NCBI GenBank assembly: GCA_903847405.1
Contig: CAINDP010000153.1
Location: forward strand, 4,121-68,120
Source: an uncultured Myxococcales bacterium
Lineage (GTDB): Bacteria > Myxococcota_A > UBA9042 > DTJE01
DNA length: 64,000 bases
Direction of reading: 5' to 3'
Shown: one piece after another, positions 29,125 to 37,620 of the stretch
Numbering within the stretch: the stretch's first letter is position 1
Layout: every line of letters starts with the position of its first letter
Notes under the pieces: model-generated
Databases searched by the model: none
Told to the model about the DNA's origin: nothing
Seen by the model: the letters and a program-made list of their open reading frames with translations, nothing else
Program-made: the position numbers and the translations under genes

Positions 29125-30492
29125 TCAGCCCAGGCCCAGTTTCTGCATCTTGTAGCGGATCGCCCGCTCGCCCAGGCCCAGGTCCCGGGCCGCGGCGCTC
29201 TGGTTCCCCCCGTGGCGCTCCAGCGCCCGGCGGATCAGGTCCCGCTCAAGGTCGGCCACCTGTTCCTCCAGGCCGCCCGTCGCCGGTTCCGAACGCGCGC
29301 CGGCCGGCGCCTGCCCCCCGGCCGGCGGGAAGTCCCCCGCCTCCAGGACCGGCCCGTCCGCCAGCACCAGGGCCCGCTCCACCATGTTTTCCAGTTCCCG
29401 GATGTTCCCCGGAAACGGCTGGCGGGCCAGTGCGTCCAGGGCCTCGTCCGACACGCCGGCGATCCCCGTCGTGGAAAGGTCCGCATGCTTCCCGACGAAG
29501 TGCGCCACCAGGGCGGGGATGTCCCCCGTCCGCTCCCGGAGGGCCGGCATCCGCAACGTCACGACGTTCAGGCGGTAGAACAGGTCCGCCCGGAACTCAC
29601 CCGTCCCGATCCGCGCCTCCAGGTCCCGGTGGGTGGCCGCGATCACCCGGGCGTCGGTTTCCAGCGGCTGGGTTCCCCCGACCCTCTCGAACCGCCCGGT
29701 CTGCAGCACGTTCAACAGTTTCACCTGGACCGACAGGGGGATGTCCCCGACCTCGTCCAGGAACAGGGTCCCGCCCTTGGCCAGTTCCAGACGCCCCTTC
29801 TTCTGCGCCGAGGCGCCCGTGAACGCCCCCTTCTCGTGTCCGAACAGTTCCGACTCGACCAGGGTTTCGCTGAGGACCGCGCAGTTCAGCGTCACGAAGG
29901 GCCCGTCCCGGCGGCTGGACAGGCGGTGCAGCGCCCGGGCCACCACCTCCTTCCCCGTCCCCGACTCGCCCAGGATCAGCACGGACGCACGGCTGGGCGC
30001 GACCTTGACCGCCAGTTCCTTGACCTGGCGCACGGCCGCACTGTCCCCCACCCAGTCCCCGAAGGCATCCGCCACCACGACCGCCTGGCGCAGCGACCGG
30101 TTCTCGCGGGACAGCCCCACCTTTTCCAGGGCCTTGGCCACCAGGGCCTCCAGGCGGGCCAGGTCCACCGGCTTGCCCAGGAAATCGTAGGCCCCGGCCC
30201 GCATGGACCGGACCGCATCCTCGACGGTTCCGTAGGCGGTCACCACGATGGCCTGCAGATCCGGATGGATCCGCCGCAGGTCGCCCAGCAGTTCGATGCC
30301 GTCGGGCCCGCCCAGCCGAAGGTCGGTGATCAGCAGGTCGATCGCCCGGTCCCGGGCCCGCTCCTGCGCCTCCGCTGCCGACCCGGCCTCCTCGACGTCA
30401 TAGCCCGCCTTCCGCAGGAAGCCCGCCAGCATCCGCCGCTGGGCCGCGTCGTCCTCGGCCACCAACAGGGTTCCCTTGTCACGTGCATTCAT
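29125..30492 (-). CDS. sigma-54-dependent response regulator (NtrC family: receiver + AAA+ + Fis-type HTH)
   Basis: Receiver (LLVAEDDAAQRRM...DLLITDLRLGG), Walker A GESGTGKE, GAFTGA motif, ESELFGHEKGAFTGA, C-terminal HTH; internal ATG MNARDKG overlaps HK stop (ATGA). Confidence 0.9.
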   Translation of the reverse strand: MNARDKGTLLVAEDDAAQRRMLAGFLRKAGYDVEEAGSAAEAQERARDRAIDLLITDLRLGGPDGIELLGDLRRIHPDLQAIVVTAYGTVEDAVRSMRAGAYDFLGKPVDLARLEALVAKALEKVGLSRENRSLRQAVVVADAFGDWVGDSAAVRQVKELAVKVAPSRASVLILGESGTGKEVVARALHRLSSRRDGPFVTLNCAVLSETLVESELFGHEKGAFTGASAQKKGRLELAKGGTLFLDEVGDIPLSVQVKLLNVLQTGRFERVGGTQPLETDARVIAATHRDLEARIGTGEFRADLFYRLNVVTLRMPALRERTGDIPALVAHFVGKHADLSTTGIAGVSDEALDALARQPFPGNIRELENMVERALVLADGPVLEAGDFPPAGGQAPAGARSEPATGGLEEQVADLERDLIRRALERHGGNQSAAARDLGLGERAIRYKMQKLGLG

Positions 30493-32297
30493 CGTTGCAT
30501 TCCTTCCGCCTGCCCCTGCGGGCCGCCCTGCGTCCCCGATACGGGCAGCGTCACCGTCGCCCGTGTACCGCTGCCCGGAATCGAGTCCAGGACCAGGGTT
30601 CCCCCGTGCGCCTCGGCCAGACGCCGGGCCAGGGGCAGGCCCAGGCCCGTCCCGTGGGCCTTCGTCGTCACGAAGGGCGCCTGCACGCGCTCCAGCGTCG
30701 CGGCGTCCATCCCCGGGCCGTCGTCGGACACCACCAGCCGGAACGCGCCCCGGTCGCAGTCCGCCGCGACCGTGACACGACCTGCCGGTCCCACCGCATC
30801 CAGGGCGTTCGCGACCAGGTTGGCCACGATCTGCCCGAACCGCTGCCTGTCCACCAGGACCTCGCCCGGGCAGTCGCACCGGACGTCCAGCCCCTTCCCC
30901 TCGGACGCGGCCCTCATCCCCAGCGACGCCAGGGCCTCGTGCACCAGTCCGGCGGCAGGATACGCGCGCCGGTCCAGTTCCAGCGGCTTGCCCAGCTCCA
31001 GGAACTCCGCCACGACCCGCTCGACCCGGTCCGAGGCGTCCGCCGACAGCATCAGCAGTTCGCGGAAGCCCTCCTCGTCAGCAGGGTCCACCCGGACCTC
31101 CCGGGACAGGCGCTGCAGGGCCATGCCGATGGTGTTCAGAGGGTTGCGCACCTCGTGGGCCACGGTGGCCGCCATCAGGCCCAGGGATCGCCAGTGGCGC
31201 CCCTCCTCCTCGCGATGGCGCATCGCGGCCAGGAACTCGGTCCGTCGGCGGGCGCCCCGGCCCAGCACCCAGGCCAGCGCCAGGCTCAACAGCACCGCCG
31301 CTGCCAGCACCCCGAACATGACCGCCTGCCGCAGGGCGATCCGCCGGCCGAAGCTGACCAGTTCCCCGGCATCCAGGGCCGTCCGCACCACCGCGCGGGT
31401 CCCGTCGGCCAGGTCCAGGGGCCCGATCACCTCGTACACCGACTGGCCGTCCCGCTCCAGCATCCGCCCCTGCAACCCGTCCGGCGCCCCGTCCCGGGCC
31501 TGGGCCAGCACCGGATCCTGCAGCCAGGTCGACATCTGCCCCGGCGCGGGCGAGGCCGCCAGGATCCCCCCGGGATCCTGGACCACGACGTATTCCAGGT
31601 CCTGGTCCTTCAGGTCGGCCAGAAGGGGTCCCAGGCCGACCTCCCGGCGCATCCCGTCCAGGTCGTCCCGATCCAGGCACACCACGGTCGCGACGCCGTC
31701 CCCCCGGGCCCAGGCACAGAAGACCCCCAGGTCGCGGGTTCGTTTGTCGTCCACGAAATCGCCCTCGGGCACGGCCAGGACCCCATCCACGAAGGCGACA
31801 CGCCCGGCGACAGGCACCCGATCCAGGCATCCCCGCACCCCGTCCGCATCGCGACGGGCCCAGATCGCCAGGTCCGGAACCCGCGCCTGCAGGGCGACGC
31901 AGTCCTCGCGGTCACCGGGCGGTCCCAGCAACTCCAGCAGCAGGGCCGCGGCTTCCGCCGACATCGAGTACACAAGGCCCGTGGACCACGTGGCTTCCTG
32001 GGCCGCTTCCCGAACCAGGTGGCCTGCGGAACGGGCATGGGATTCGTAGACCTGGCGCAACGCGTCGACCTGCCGGTCCTGCTCCACCCGGGTGGCGATC
32101 ACCAGGACGGCAGACAGGCCCGCCACGACCAGCGGGATCAGTCCGAATCGCAGATGGGGGTGATGCACCGTGTCCGCCCTCAAAATCGAACCATTGTAGC
32201 CTACGCGATATATTTCTTTCTTGCCATACTTGACACCTCCACCTCCGATTTCCACTCTTTGCCCGTCAGGCTCATGGCGGCATGCCGTGCAGCCCAA
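30489..32297 (-). CDS. sensor histidine kinase with large periplasmic sensor domain between two TM helices
   Basis: TM1 LIPLVVAGLSAVLVIAT, approx 270-aa periplasmic region, TM2, H-box HEVRNPLNTIGMALQRL, HATPase (GTGLGLPLARRLAEAHGG); true start probably internal (GTG near aa 44), 5' end uncertain. Confidence 0.75.
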   Translation of the reverse strand: MGCTACRHEPDGQRVEIGGGGVKYGKKEIYRVGYNGSILRADTVHHPHLRFGLIPLVVAGLSAVLVIATRVEQDRQVDALRQVYESHARSAGHLVREAAQEATWSTGLVYSMSAEAAALLLELLGPPGDREDCVALQARVPDLAIWARRDADGVRGCLDRVPVAGRVAFVDGVLAVPEGDFVDDKRTRDLGVFCAWARGDGVATVVCLDRDDLDGMRREVGLGPLLADLKDQDLEYVVVQDPGGILAASPAPGQMSTWLQDPVLAQARDGAPDGLQGRMLERDGQSVYEVIGPLDLADGTRAVVRTALDAGELVSFGRRIALRQAVMFGVLAAAVLLSLALAWVLGRGARRRTEFLAAMRHREEEGRHWRSLGLMAATVAHEVRNPLNTIGMALQRLSREVRVDPADEEGFRELLMLSADASDRVERVVAEFLELGKPLELDRRAYPAAGLVHEALASLGMRAASEGKGLDVRCDCPGEVLVDRQRFGQIVANLVANALDAVGPAGRVTVAADCDRGAFRLVVSDDGPGMDAATLERVQAPFVTTKAHGTGLGLPLARRLAEAHGGTLVLDSIPGSGTRATVTLPVSGTQGGPQGQAEGMQR

Positions 32298-32319
32298 GGG
32301 CTTTCAACAGGAGGTTCCC

Positions 32320-32721
32320 GTGAACAGTTCTTCCCGTGATACCCAGTCCCCGGCTGCAAGCGGCAGTCCCGTCATTGCCCTGACCGACGACACCTTCGAG
32401 GCCGAGGTCCTGCAGTCGACCCTGCCCGTCTTCGTTGACTTCTGGGCCCCCTGGTGCGGCCCCTGCCGCATGGTCGCGCCCATGGTCGAGGAACTGGCCC
32501 GCGAGTACGCGGGGCGCATCAAGTTCACCAAGCTGGACACCGACAAGAACCCGGGCGTGTCGTCCGCCCTGGGCATCCAGTCGATCCCCACGCTGGTCCT
32601 GTTCCAGGGCAACCAGGCGCTGGACTACCGCATCGGCGCGGTCCCGAAGGACGACCTCCGCCGCATGTTCGACGCCGCGCTGGCCAAGGGGGCCGCTGCG
32701 GCGACCGACGACCAGGCGTAG
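32320..32721 (+). CDS. trxA: thioredoxin
   Basis: GTG start preceded by AGGAGG SD; active site WAPWCGPC; thioredoxin fold length. Confidence 0.85.
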   Translation: MNSSSRDTQSPAASGSPVIALTDDTFEAEVLQSTLPVFVDFWAPWCGPCRMVAPMVEELAREYAGRIKFTKLDTDKNPGVSSALGIQSIPTLVLFQGNQALDYRIGAVPKDDLRRMFDAALAKGAAAATDDQA

Positions 32722-32793
32722 GCCGGGAACAGGAACGTGCCCGCCCCTCCGAGATCGCGGATCCGCACCCGTCAAGCCAGACAAGGAATCCCT

Positions 32794-34122
32794 TCAGGGA
32801 AAGCGGATCGCGAACCGCCGCATCTTCCGCATCAAGGTGGCCTTGTGGATTCCCAGGGCCTGGGCCGTCCGCACGCGGTGTCCGCCATTTTCCGCCAGCG
32901 CGGCACGGATGACCACCGCCTGGGCCTGGTCGAAGGCGTCGGAGGTCGCGGGCCCGGGAGGCAGGTCCGGAAGCGGCCCCCGGGCGATTTCCGGCGGAAG
33001 GCAGCACACGTCGATGTTCGGCCCGCGGCACAGCACGAACGCGTGCTCGATCGCGTGTTCCAGTTCGCGGATGTTCCCGGGAAAGTCGTATCGCAGCAGG
33101 GCGTCCAGCGCGTTCGGCGTCACCCCCCGGATCTCCCGGCCGGTCTGGGCAGCGAACAACTGAATGAAGTGGCGGACCAGCAGGGGGATGTCTTCCTTGC
33201 GGTCCCGCAACGCCGGCAGTTCGATCCGCACGACGTTCAGGCGATAGAACAGGTCGTCCCGGAACCGGCCCTCGGCCATCAACTGCCGCAGGTCCCGGTT
33301 CGTCGCGGTGACGACCCGTGCATCCGCCTTCACCGTTCGCGAGGACCCCAGGGGCTGGTATTCCTTCTCCTGCAGCACCCTCAGCAGTTTCACCTGCAGG
33401 GCCGTCGAGATATCCCCGATTTCGTCCAGGAACAGGGTCCCCCCCTGGGCCGCCGCGAACCGCCCGATCCGATCGTGCCGGGCGTCGGTGAAGGCACCGG
33501 CCTTGTGGCCGAACAGTTCGGATTCCAGCAGCGTGTCCGGCAGGGCGGCGCAGTTCAGGGCAACGAAAGGCCGATCCCGACGAGGGCTGCCGTCGTGGAT
33601 CGCCCGGGCGAACAGTTCCTTGCCCGAACCGCTGGGTCCCTGGATCAGCACCGTGCTGCCGGCCGCTGCGATATCCGGCAGGACGCGCAGGATTTCCTGG
33701 ATCCGGTGGCTCTTGCTGACGATGTCGCCCACCCGGAACCGTTCGCGCAACTGGCGCCGCAACAGTTCCAGTTCGGACAGGTCGCGAAAGGTTTCGACCC
33801 CGCCCACGGCCCGTCCCGAGGCGTCCTTCAACACCGCCGTCGAGATGCTGAGGGGCTTTTCCGTACCATCCCGCGCGCGCATCGTCACCCGAACGTCCAC
33901 GGCCTCACGCCCCGAACCCATCGTCGATCGAAGGGCGCAGCGCCGCGCGCAGGCGTCCGTCCGAAAGACCTCGCTGCACTGCCGCCCGAGGGCCTCGTCG
34001 CGCGTGAAGCCGGTGATGGCGTGGGCGGCCCGGTTCCAGGACGTGATCCGCCACTGGTCATCCACGGTGAAGACGCCGTCGGCGATGGAGTCCAGGATGG
34101 GATCGGTGCGGTCAGTCGGCAT
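32794..34122 (-). CDS. sigma-54-dependent transcriptional activator with N-terminal PAS domain
   Basis: PAS (ILDSIADGVFTVDDQWRITSWNRAAHAITGF), AAA+ Walker A GPSGSGKE, ESELFGHKAGAFTDA, GAFTGA-like, C-terminal Fis HTH; divergent from mrp paralog. Confidence 0.85.
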   Translation of the reverse strand: MPTDRTDPILDSIADGVFTVDDQWRITSWNRAAHAITGFTRDEALGRQCSEVFRTDACARRCALRSTMGSGREAVDVRVTMRARDGTEKPLSISTAVLKDASGRAVGGVETFRDLSELELLRRQLRERFRVGDIVSKSHRIQEILRVLPDIAAAGSTVLIQGPSGSGKELFARAIHDGSPRRDRPFVALNCAALPDTLLESELFGHKAGAFTDARHDRIGRFAAAQGGTLFLDEIGDISTALQVKLLRVLQEKEYQPLGSSRTVKADARVVTATNRDLRQLMAEGRFRDDLFYRLNVVRIELPALRDRKEDIPLLVRHFIQLFAAQTGREIRGVTPNALDALLRYDFPGNIRELEHAIEHAFVLCRGPNIDVCCLPPEIARGPLPDLPPGPATSDAFDQAQAVVIRAALAENGGHRVRTAQALGIHKATLMRKMRRFAIRFP

Positions 34123-34229
34123 CGGAACCTCCGGCCACGGGCATGGTCGCAAAATCGCGACCACGCTTCAAGGATTGCTTTGATGCACGGATGCGAATAA
34201 CTTGCAGCCGCGGATAGCGGAGGCCCCCC

Positions 34230-35168
34230 ATGGGATGCGGTTGCGGCGACGGGCAGGACACAGGCGGGTGCGGCGGACACGAGCACGGACAGACCTTCCA
34301 GCCCGATGACATGGCCCGCGCGGCGATGCGGCGGATCCCCCACAAGATCCTGGTGATGAGCGGCAAGGGAGGCGTCGGCAAGACCACCGTGGCCGTCAAC
34401 CTGGCCTACGCACTGGCGGCCGCCGGCCACAAGGTCGGGATCGTGGACGCGGACCTGCACGGGCCCGACGTCCCGCTGATGACCGGGGTCGAGGGACTGC
34501 GGGCCCAGGCCAGCGACGAGGGGCTGATCCCCATCGACGCGCCGGGCGGCGTCCGCATCCTCTCGGTGTCGTCGTTCCTGGCCTCCCCTGACGCCCCGGT
34601 GATCTGGCGCGGCCCGGCCAAGGCCGGCGTCATCGCCCAGTTCCTGGGCCTGGCCGACTGGAAGGGCACCGACGTCCTGATCGTGGACTGCCCCCCCGGA
34701 ACCGGGGACGAACCCCTGTCCGTGGCCCAGATGATCCCGGATGCCGACGGCGTCGTGATCGTCACGTCGCCCCAGGGCGTGTCGCTGCTGGACAGCCGCA
34801 AGTGCGTGGGCTTCGCGCGCCAGATGGACCTGCCGGTGCTGGGGATCGTCGAGAATTTCTCGGGGTTCGAATGCCCCGGTTGCGGGCGCCGCATCGACCT
34901 GTTCAAGCGGGGCGGAGGCCGTCAGGCGGCGACCGACCTGGGCGTCCGTTTCCTGGGCAGCATCCCGATCACCGAGGCGATGGTCGAAGCGGGCGATTCG
35001 GGTCGGCCCCTGGTGGTTTCGACCCCCGACGATCCGGCGTCCCTGGTACTGACCGCGATGGCACAGGAACTGGTCGCGGACTGGGTGTCCGGCAGCGTCG
35101 GCGCGCCGATCGGCGAAGGGTGTTGCGGCAGTTGCGCGTGCCACGAACCGGTTCCCGGTCAGGACTGA
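34230..35168 (+). CDS. Mrp/ApbC/NBP35 family Fe-S cluster carrier ATPase with Cys/His-rich N- and C-termini
   Basis: Deviant Walker A SGKGGVGKTT, CPxC-type motif CPGCGRR; N-term MGCGCGDGQDTGGCGGHEHG and C-term CCGSCACHEP; SD GGAGG upstream. Confidence 0.85.
   Translation: MGCGCGDGQDTGGCGGHEHGQTFQPDDMARAAMRRIPHKILVMSGKGGVGKTTVAVNLAYALAAAGHKVGIVDADLHGPDVPLMTGVEGLRAQASDEGLIPIDAPGGVRILSVSSFLASPDAPVIWRGPAKAGVIAQFLGLADWKGTDVLIVDCPPGTGDEPLSVAQMIPDADGVVIVTSPQGVSLLDSRKCVGFARQMDLPVLGIVENFSGFECPGCGRRIDLFKRGGGRQAATDLGVRFLGSIPITEAMVEAGDSGRPLVVSTPDDPASLVLTAMAQELVADWVSGSVGAPIGEGCCGSCACHEPVPGQD
34305..35040. repeat. approx 740-bp segment about 90% identical to 46655..47395 (mrp paralog core)
   Basis: Direct nucleotide comparison of both mrp genes. 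Confidence 0.8.
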
Positions 35169-35198
35169 TCGCGCATCCGCATGGACCCGGCTCGCGGC

Positions 35199-36362
35199 TC
35201 AGCCGGGCGCCCCCGACTGCAACCCCGGCACTTCCCGGTACGCGGGACATTCCTCGCCGCTCACCACCTCCGCTGCCTGCCGCAAGGCGTCCAGCGTCTG
35301 GTACCCGACCAGCCGCGCGACCTCCTTCCGGTCCCGATCCAGGTACACGAAGACCGGGATGCCGCCGATACCGAACGACCGCGCCAGAGGCTTGCCTTCA
35401 GGGCTGGTCACGTCCACCTGGCGGATTTCCAGGGGATGCCCGTCGCACTGGTTCCGAAGGACGTTCACGGCCGGCATCATCTGCCGGCAGATCGGACAGT
35501 TGGGGGAGTAGAACTCGTACAGCACCGGCAGCGGGTCCTGGGCTGCGCCGCATTGGATGTCGACAGCGTGTTCGTCCCCACCGCCGCACGTGGCGCCTTG
35601 TGCCGGGTTCGGCGTGGCCGCGGCAGACAAATCCGGGGGCTCCGCCGCCGACGCCGATACCGGCGCCTCGGGTGGCTGGGCCAGCGCGTAGTCCAGCAGC
35701 CCCAGGCGATCGGTGGCCAGAAGGAACCCGACCACCACCAGCAGCAACCCGGTGGACTTTTCGAATACCGGAATGAACCGCCGCACCTTGCGCAGCGCCG
35801 CCAGGGCCGGCCCCGCCACCAGGGCCACCAGGACCAGCGGCACCGCGAACCCCAGCGAGTACAGGGACAGGTAGCCCATGCCCACCAGGGGATCCGAGGT
35901 CTTCAGGGAGGTGTAGGTCAGGACCGCGCCCAGGACGGATCCGATGCAGGGGCTCCAGGCGAAGGCGAAGAACAGCCCCAGCACGAAGGAATTCAGGTGG
36001 TGGAACCGCGTCTTGAACCGGCCCGCATCCAGGCCGCCGCCACCGTCCAGGCCGGGCAGTTTCAGGTAGCCCATGAACCGCAGGCCCAGCAGCAGCACCA
36101 CGAATCCGCCCAACTGCTGGAACAGCACCTTGTGGTCGACCAGCGCCCGCCCCAGGACGGTTGCCGACAGGCCCAGCAACGAGAACACCAGCGTGAACCC
36201 GGCGGCGAAGGCCAGGCTGGACACGAAGCCCCTGAAGCGGCCGCCCCCCTCCCCGCCCCCGCCCGAAAGGATCGACAGATAGATTGGGATCAGGGGCAGG
36301 ACGCACGGGGAAACGAACGTCAGCAGCCCCGCCACGAACACCGCTGCAGCGGACATCACCAT
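35199..36362 (-). CDS. CcdA/DsbD-family thiol:disulfide interchange membrane protein fused to C-terminal thioredoxin-like domain
   Basis: DsbD-beta-like TM core with conserved Cys pairs (SPCVLPLIP; AWSPCIG) and C-terminal CPICR thioredoxin-fold domain. Confidence 0.8.
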   Translation of the reverse strand: MVMSAAAVFVAGLLTFVSPCVLPLIPIYLSILSGGGGEGGGRFRGFVSSLAFAAGFTLVFSLLGLSATVLGRALVDHKVLFQQLGGFVVLLLGLRFMGYLKLPGLDGGGGLDAGRFKTRFHHLNSFVLGLFFAFAWSPCIGSVLGAVLTYTSLKTSDPLVGMGYLSLYSLGFAVPLVLVALVAGPALAALRKVRRFIPVFEKSTGLLLVVVGFLLATDRLGLLDYALAQPPEAPVSASAAEPPDLSAAATPNPAQGATCGGGDEHAVDIQCGAAQDPLPVLYEFYSPNCPICRQMMPAVNVLRNQCDGHPLEIRQVDVTSPEGKPLARSFGIGGIPVFVYLDRDRKEVARLVGYQTLDALRQAAEVVSGEECPAYREVPGLQSGAPG

Positions 36363-36399
36363 ACCGTCCTCCCTGGGACAGGGCCGATGCACCCGGGCA

Positions 36400-36612
36400 T
36401 CAGGCTTCGTCCTTCACGGCGCAAGTCCCGGCCCCACAGAGGCGGGACAGGGGACAACTGCCGACCAGGCCCGTGACGATCGGGATGATCCCCAGGGCTC
36501 CCCAGGGCGTCTGGGGACCGACGAACACCAGGCTGATCATGCCCAGGCCAGCCAGGACGCGCACCACGCGCTCGACGTTGTGGACGTTGCGGGGAAGAAG
36601 TTTCCGGAACAT
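36400..36612 (-). CDS. DUF2892 (YgaP-C-terminal-like) small membrane protein
   Basis: 70-aa product MFRKLLPRNVHNVERVVRVLAGLGMISLVFVGPQTPWGALGIIPIVTGLVGSCP matches the small 2-TM proteins usually linked to rhodanese. Confidence 0.5.
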   Translation of the reverse strand: MFRKLLPRNVHNVERVVRVLAGLGMISLVFVGPQTPWGALGIIPIVTGLVGSCPLSRLCGAGTCAVKDEA

Positions 36613-36862
36613 CGGGACCTCCAGGTTGTTGGCCACCTGCGCAGGTTGCAACGGGGCAGGCACGACCCGCGCTTCGGGTCGCACCTCGGCAAGCCTCGCC
36701 GGGACCTGACCTCCAAACATTACCTCATGGATATATTTCGCGCAAGCGATATTTAGAAATTCTTTCCACCTTCCTTCATCGGAAGACCGCCTTGACATCC
36801 GCATCGCTCTCCTTACTTTCCATTCACGACATATGCCGCCCGTGGCATCATGGAGGTGCGGA

Positions 36863-37480
36863 ATGGTTCGGACAGTCGCGAACTTCGACGATCTGACGGC
36901 GGCGACCGGCGGACTGAAGGGCCCCTCGGTGGTGGCGTTCTTCGGCGACTTTTCGGAAAAGTCGCGCCGGGCCTGGCCGGTATTCGAGGCCTTCTGCAAG
37001 GCACACCCGGAACTGGATGTGCACCTCGTCGACCTTGACAGGGTCCGGGACGTGCACCGGCGCCTCGGCGTCACGCTGGCCCCGACGGTCCTGCTGATGC
37101 GCGACGGCGCCGTTCATCAGCAACTCGTGGGTGTGCAGACGGACGCGGACTACCAGGCGGCCCTGCTGCCTCACACCAGACCGGCGCCCGGGCCGCAGGC
37201 GGGCGCAACCGCACACCCGTCCCACCGGGTACTGGTGTACACGGGCCCGGGCTGCTCCTGGTGCACCCGCGTGAAGGCCTACCTGCGCCAGCGCAACGTG
37301 TCCTTCACCGAGATCGACGTGTCCCTGGAACCGGCCCAGGCCCAGGCCCTGGTGCGAAAGACCGGCCAGACCGGGGTTCCCCAGTTGGACATCGACGGCC
37401 GCTACGTCGTCGGCTTCGACAAGGCCCGGATCGACGCCCTGCTGGGACTGGCGCCGCAGGCTTCCGCAGGCACCCACTGA
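36863..37480 (+). CDS. thioredoxin-like domain fused to glutaredoxin-like (YruB-type) domain protein
   Basis: N-terminal Trx-like region then glutaredoxin fold with CSWC active site (VLVYTGPGCSWCTRVKAYL...GVPQLDIDGRYVVGFD). Confidence 0.65.
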   Translation: MVRTVANFDDLTAATGGLKGPSVVAFFGDFSEKSRRAWPVFEAFCKAHPELDVHLVDLDRVRDVHRRLGVTLAPTVLLMRDGAVHQQLVGVQTDADYQAALLPHTRPAPGPQAGATAHPSHRVLVYTGPGCSWCTRVKAYLRQRNVSFTEIDVSLEPAQAQALVRKTGQTGVPQLDIDGRYVVGFDKARIDALLGLAPQASAGTH

Positions 37481-37620
37481 CCTCCGAGGATGGAACGACC
37501 ATCGGGCGCTCGATTGGGAAATGCTGCCAGTTCACGTTTGTGAGCGATACCTGCGCTTGACCGAACCGGATGGATACGGGAATATGCCCACCATTCCACC
37601 CGGACGCAGGAGGTTCGGCC

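Noticed and set aside
27011-32339. Plus-strand ORFs 27011..29023, 28033..32049, 30483..32339
   Set aside because: Antisense to OMP, small secreted genes, NtrC-type RR and HK which carry clear motifs
34123-34229. Possible sigma-54 promoter upstream of first mrp (TGCACG...TTGCA)
   Set aside because: Spacer between GC-containing elements is about 12 nt instead of 4-5; does not fit -24/-12 geometry
35181-36476. Plus-strand 431-aa ORF
   Set aside because: Antisense to DsbD/CcdA gene with clear TM/Cys motifs
36400-37074. Longer 224-aa version of DUF2892 ORF
   Set aside because: N-terminal 150 aa overlap trx-grx gene on opposite strand and are low complexity; internal ATG gives canonical 70-aa DUF2892 protein
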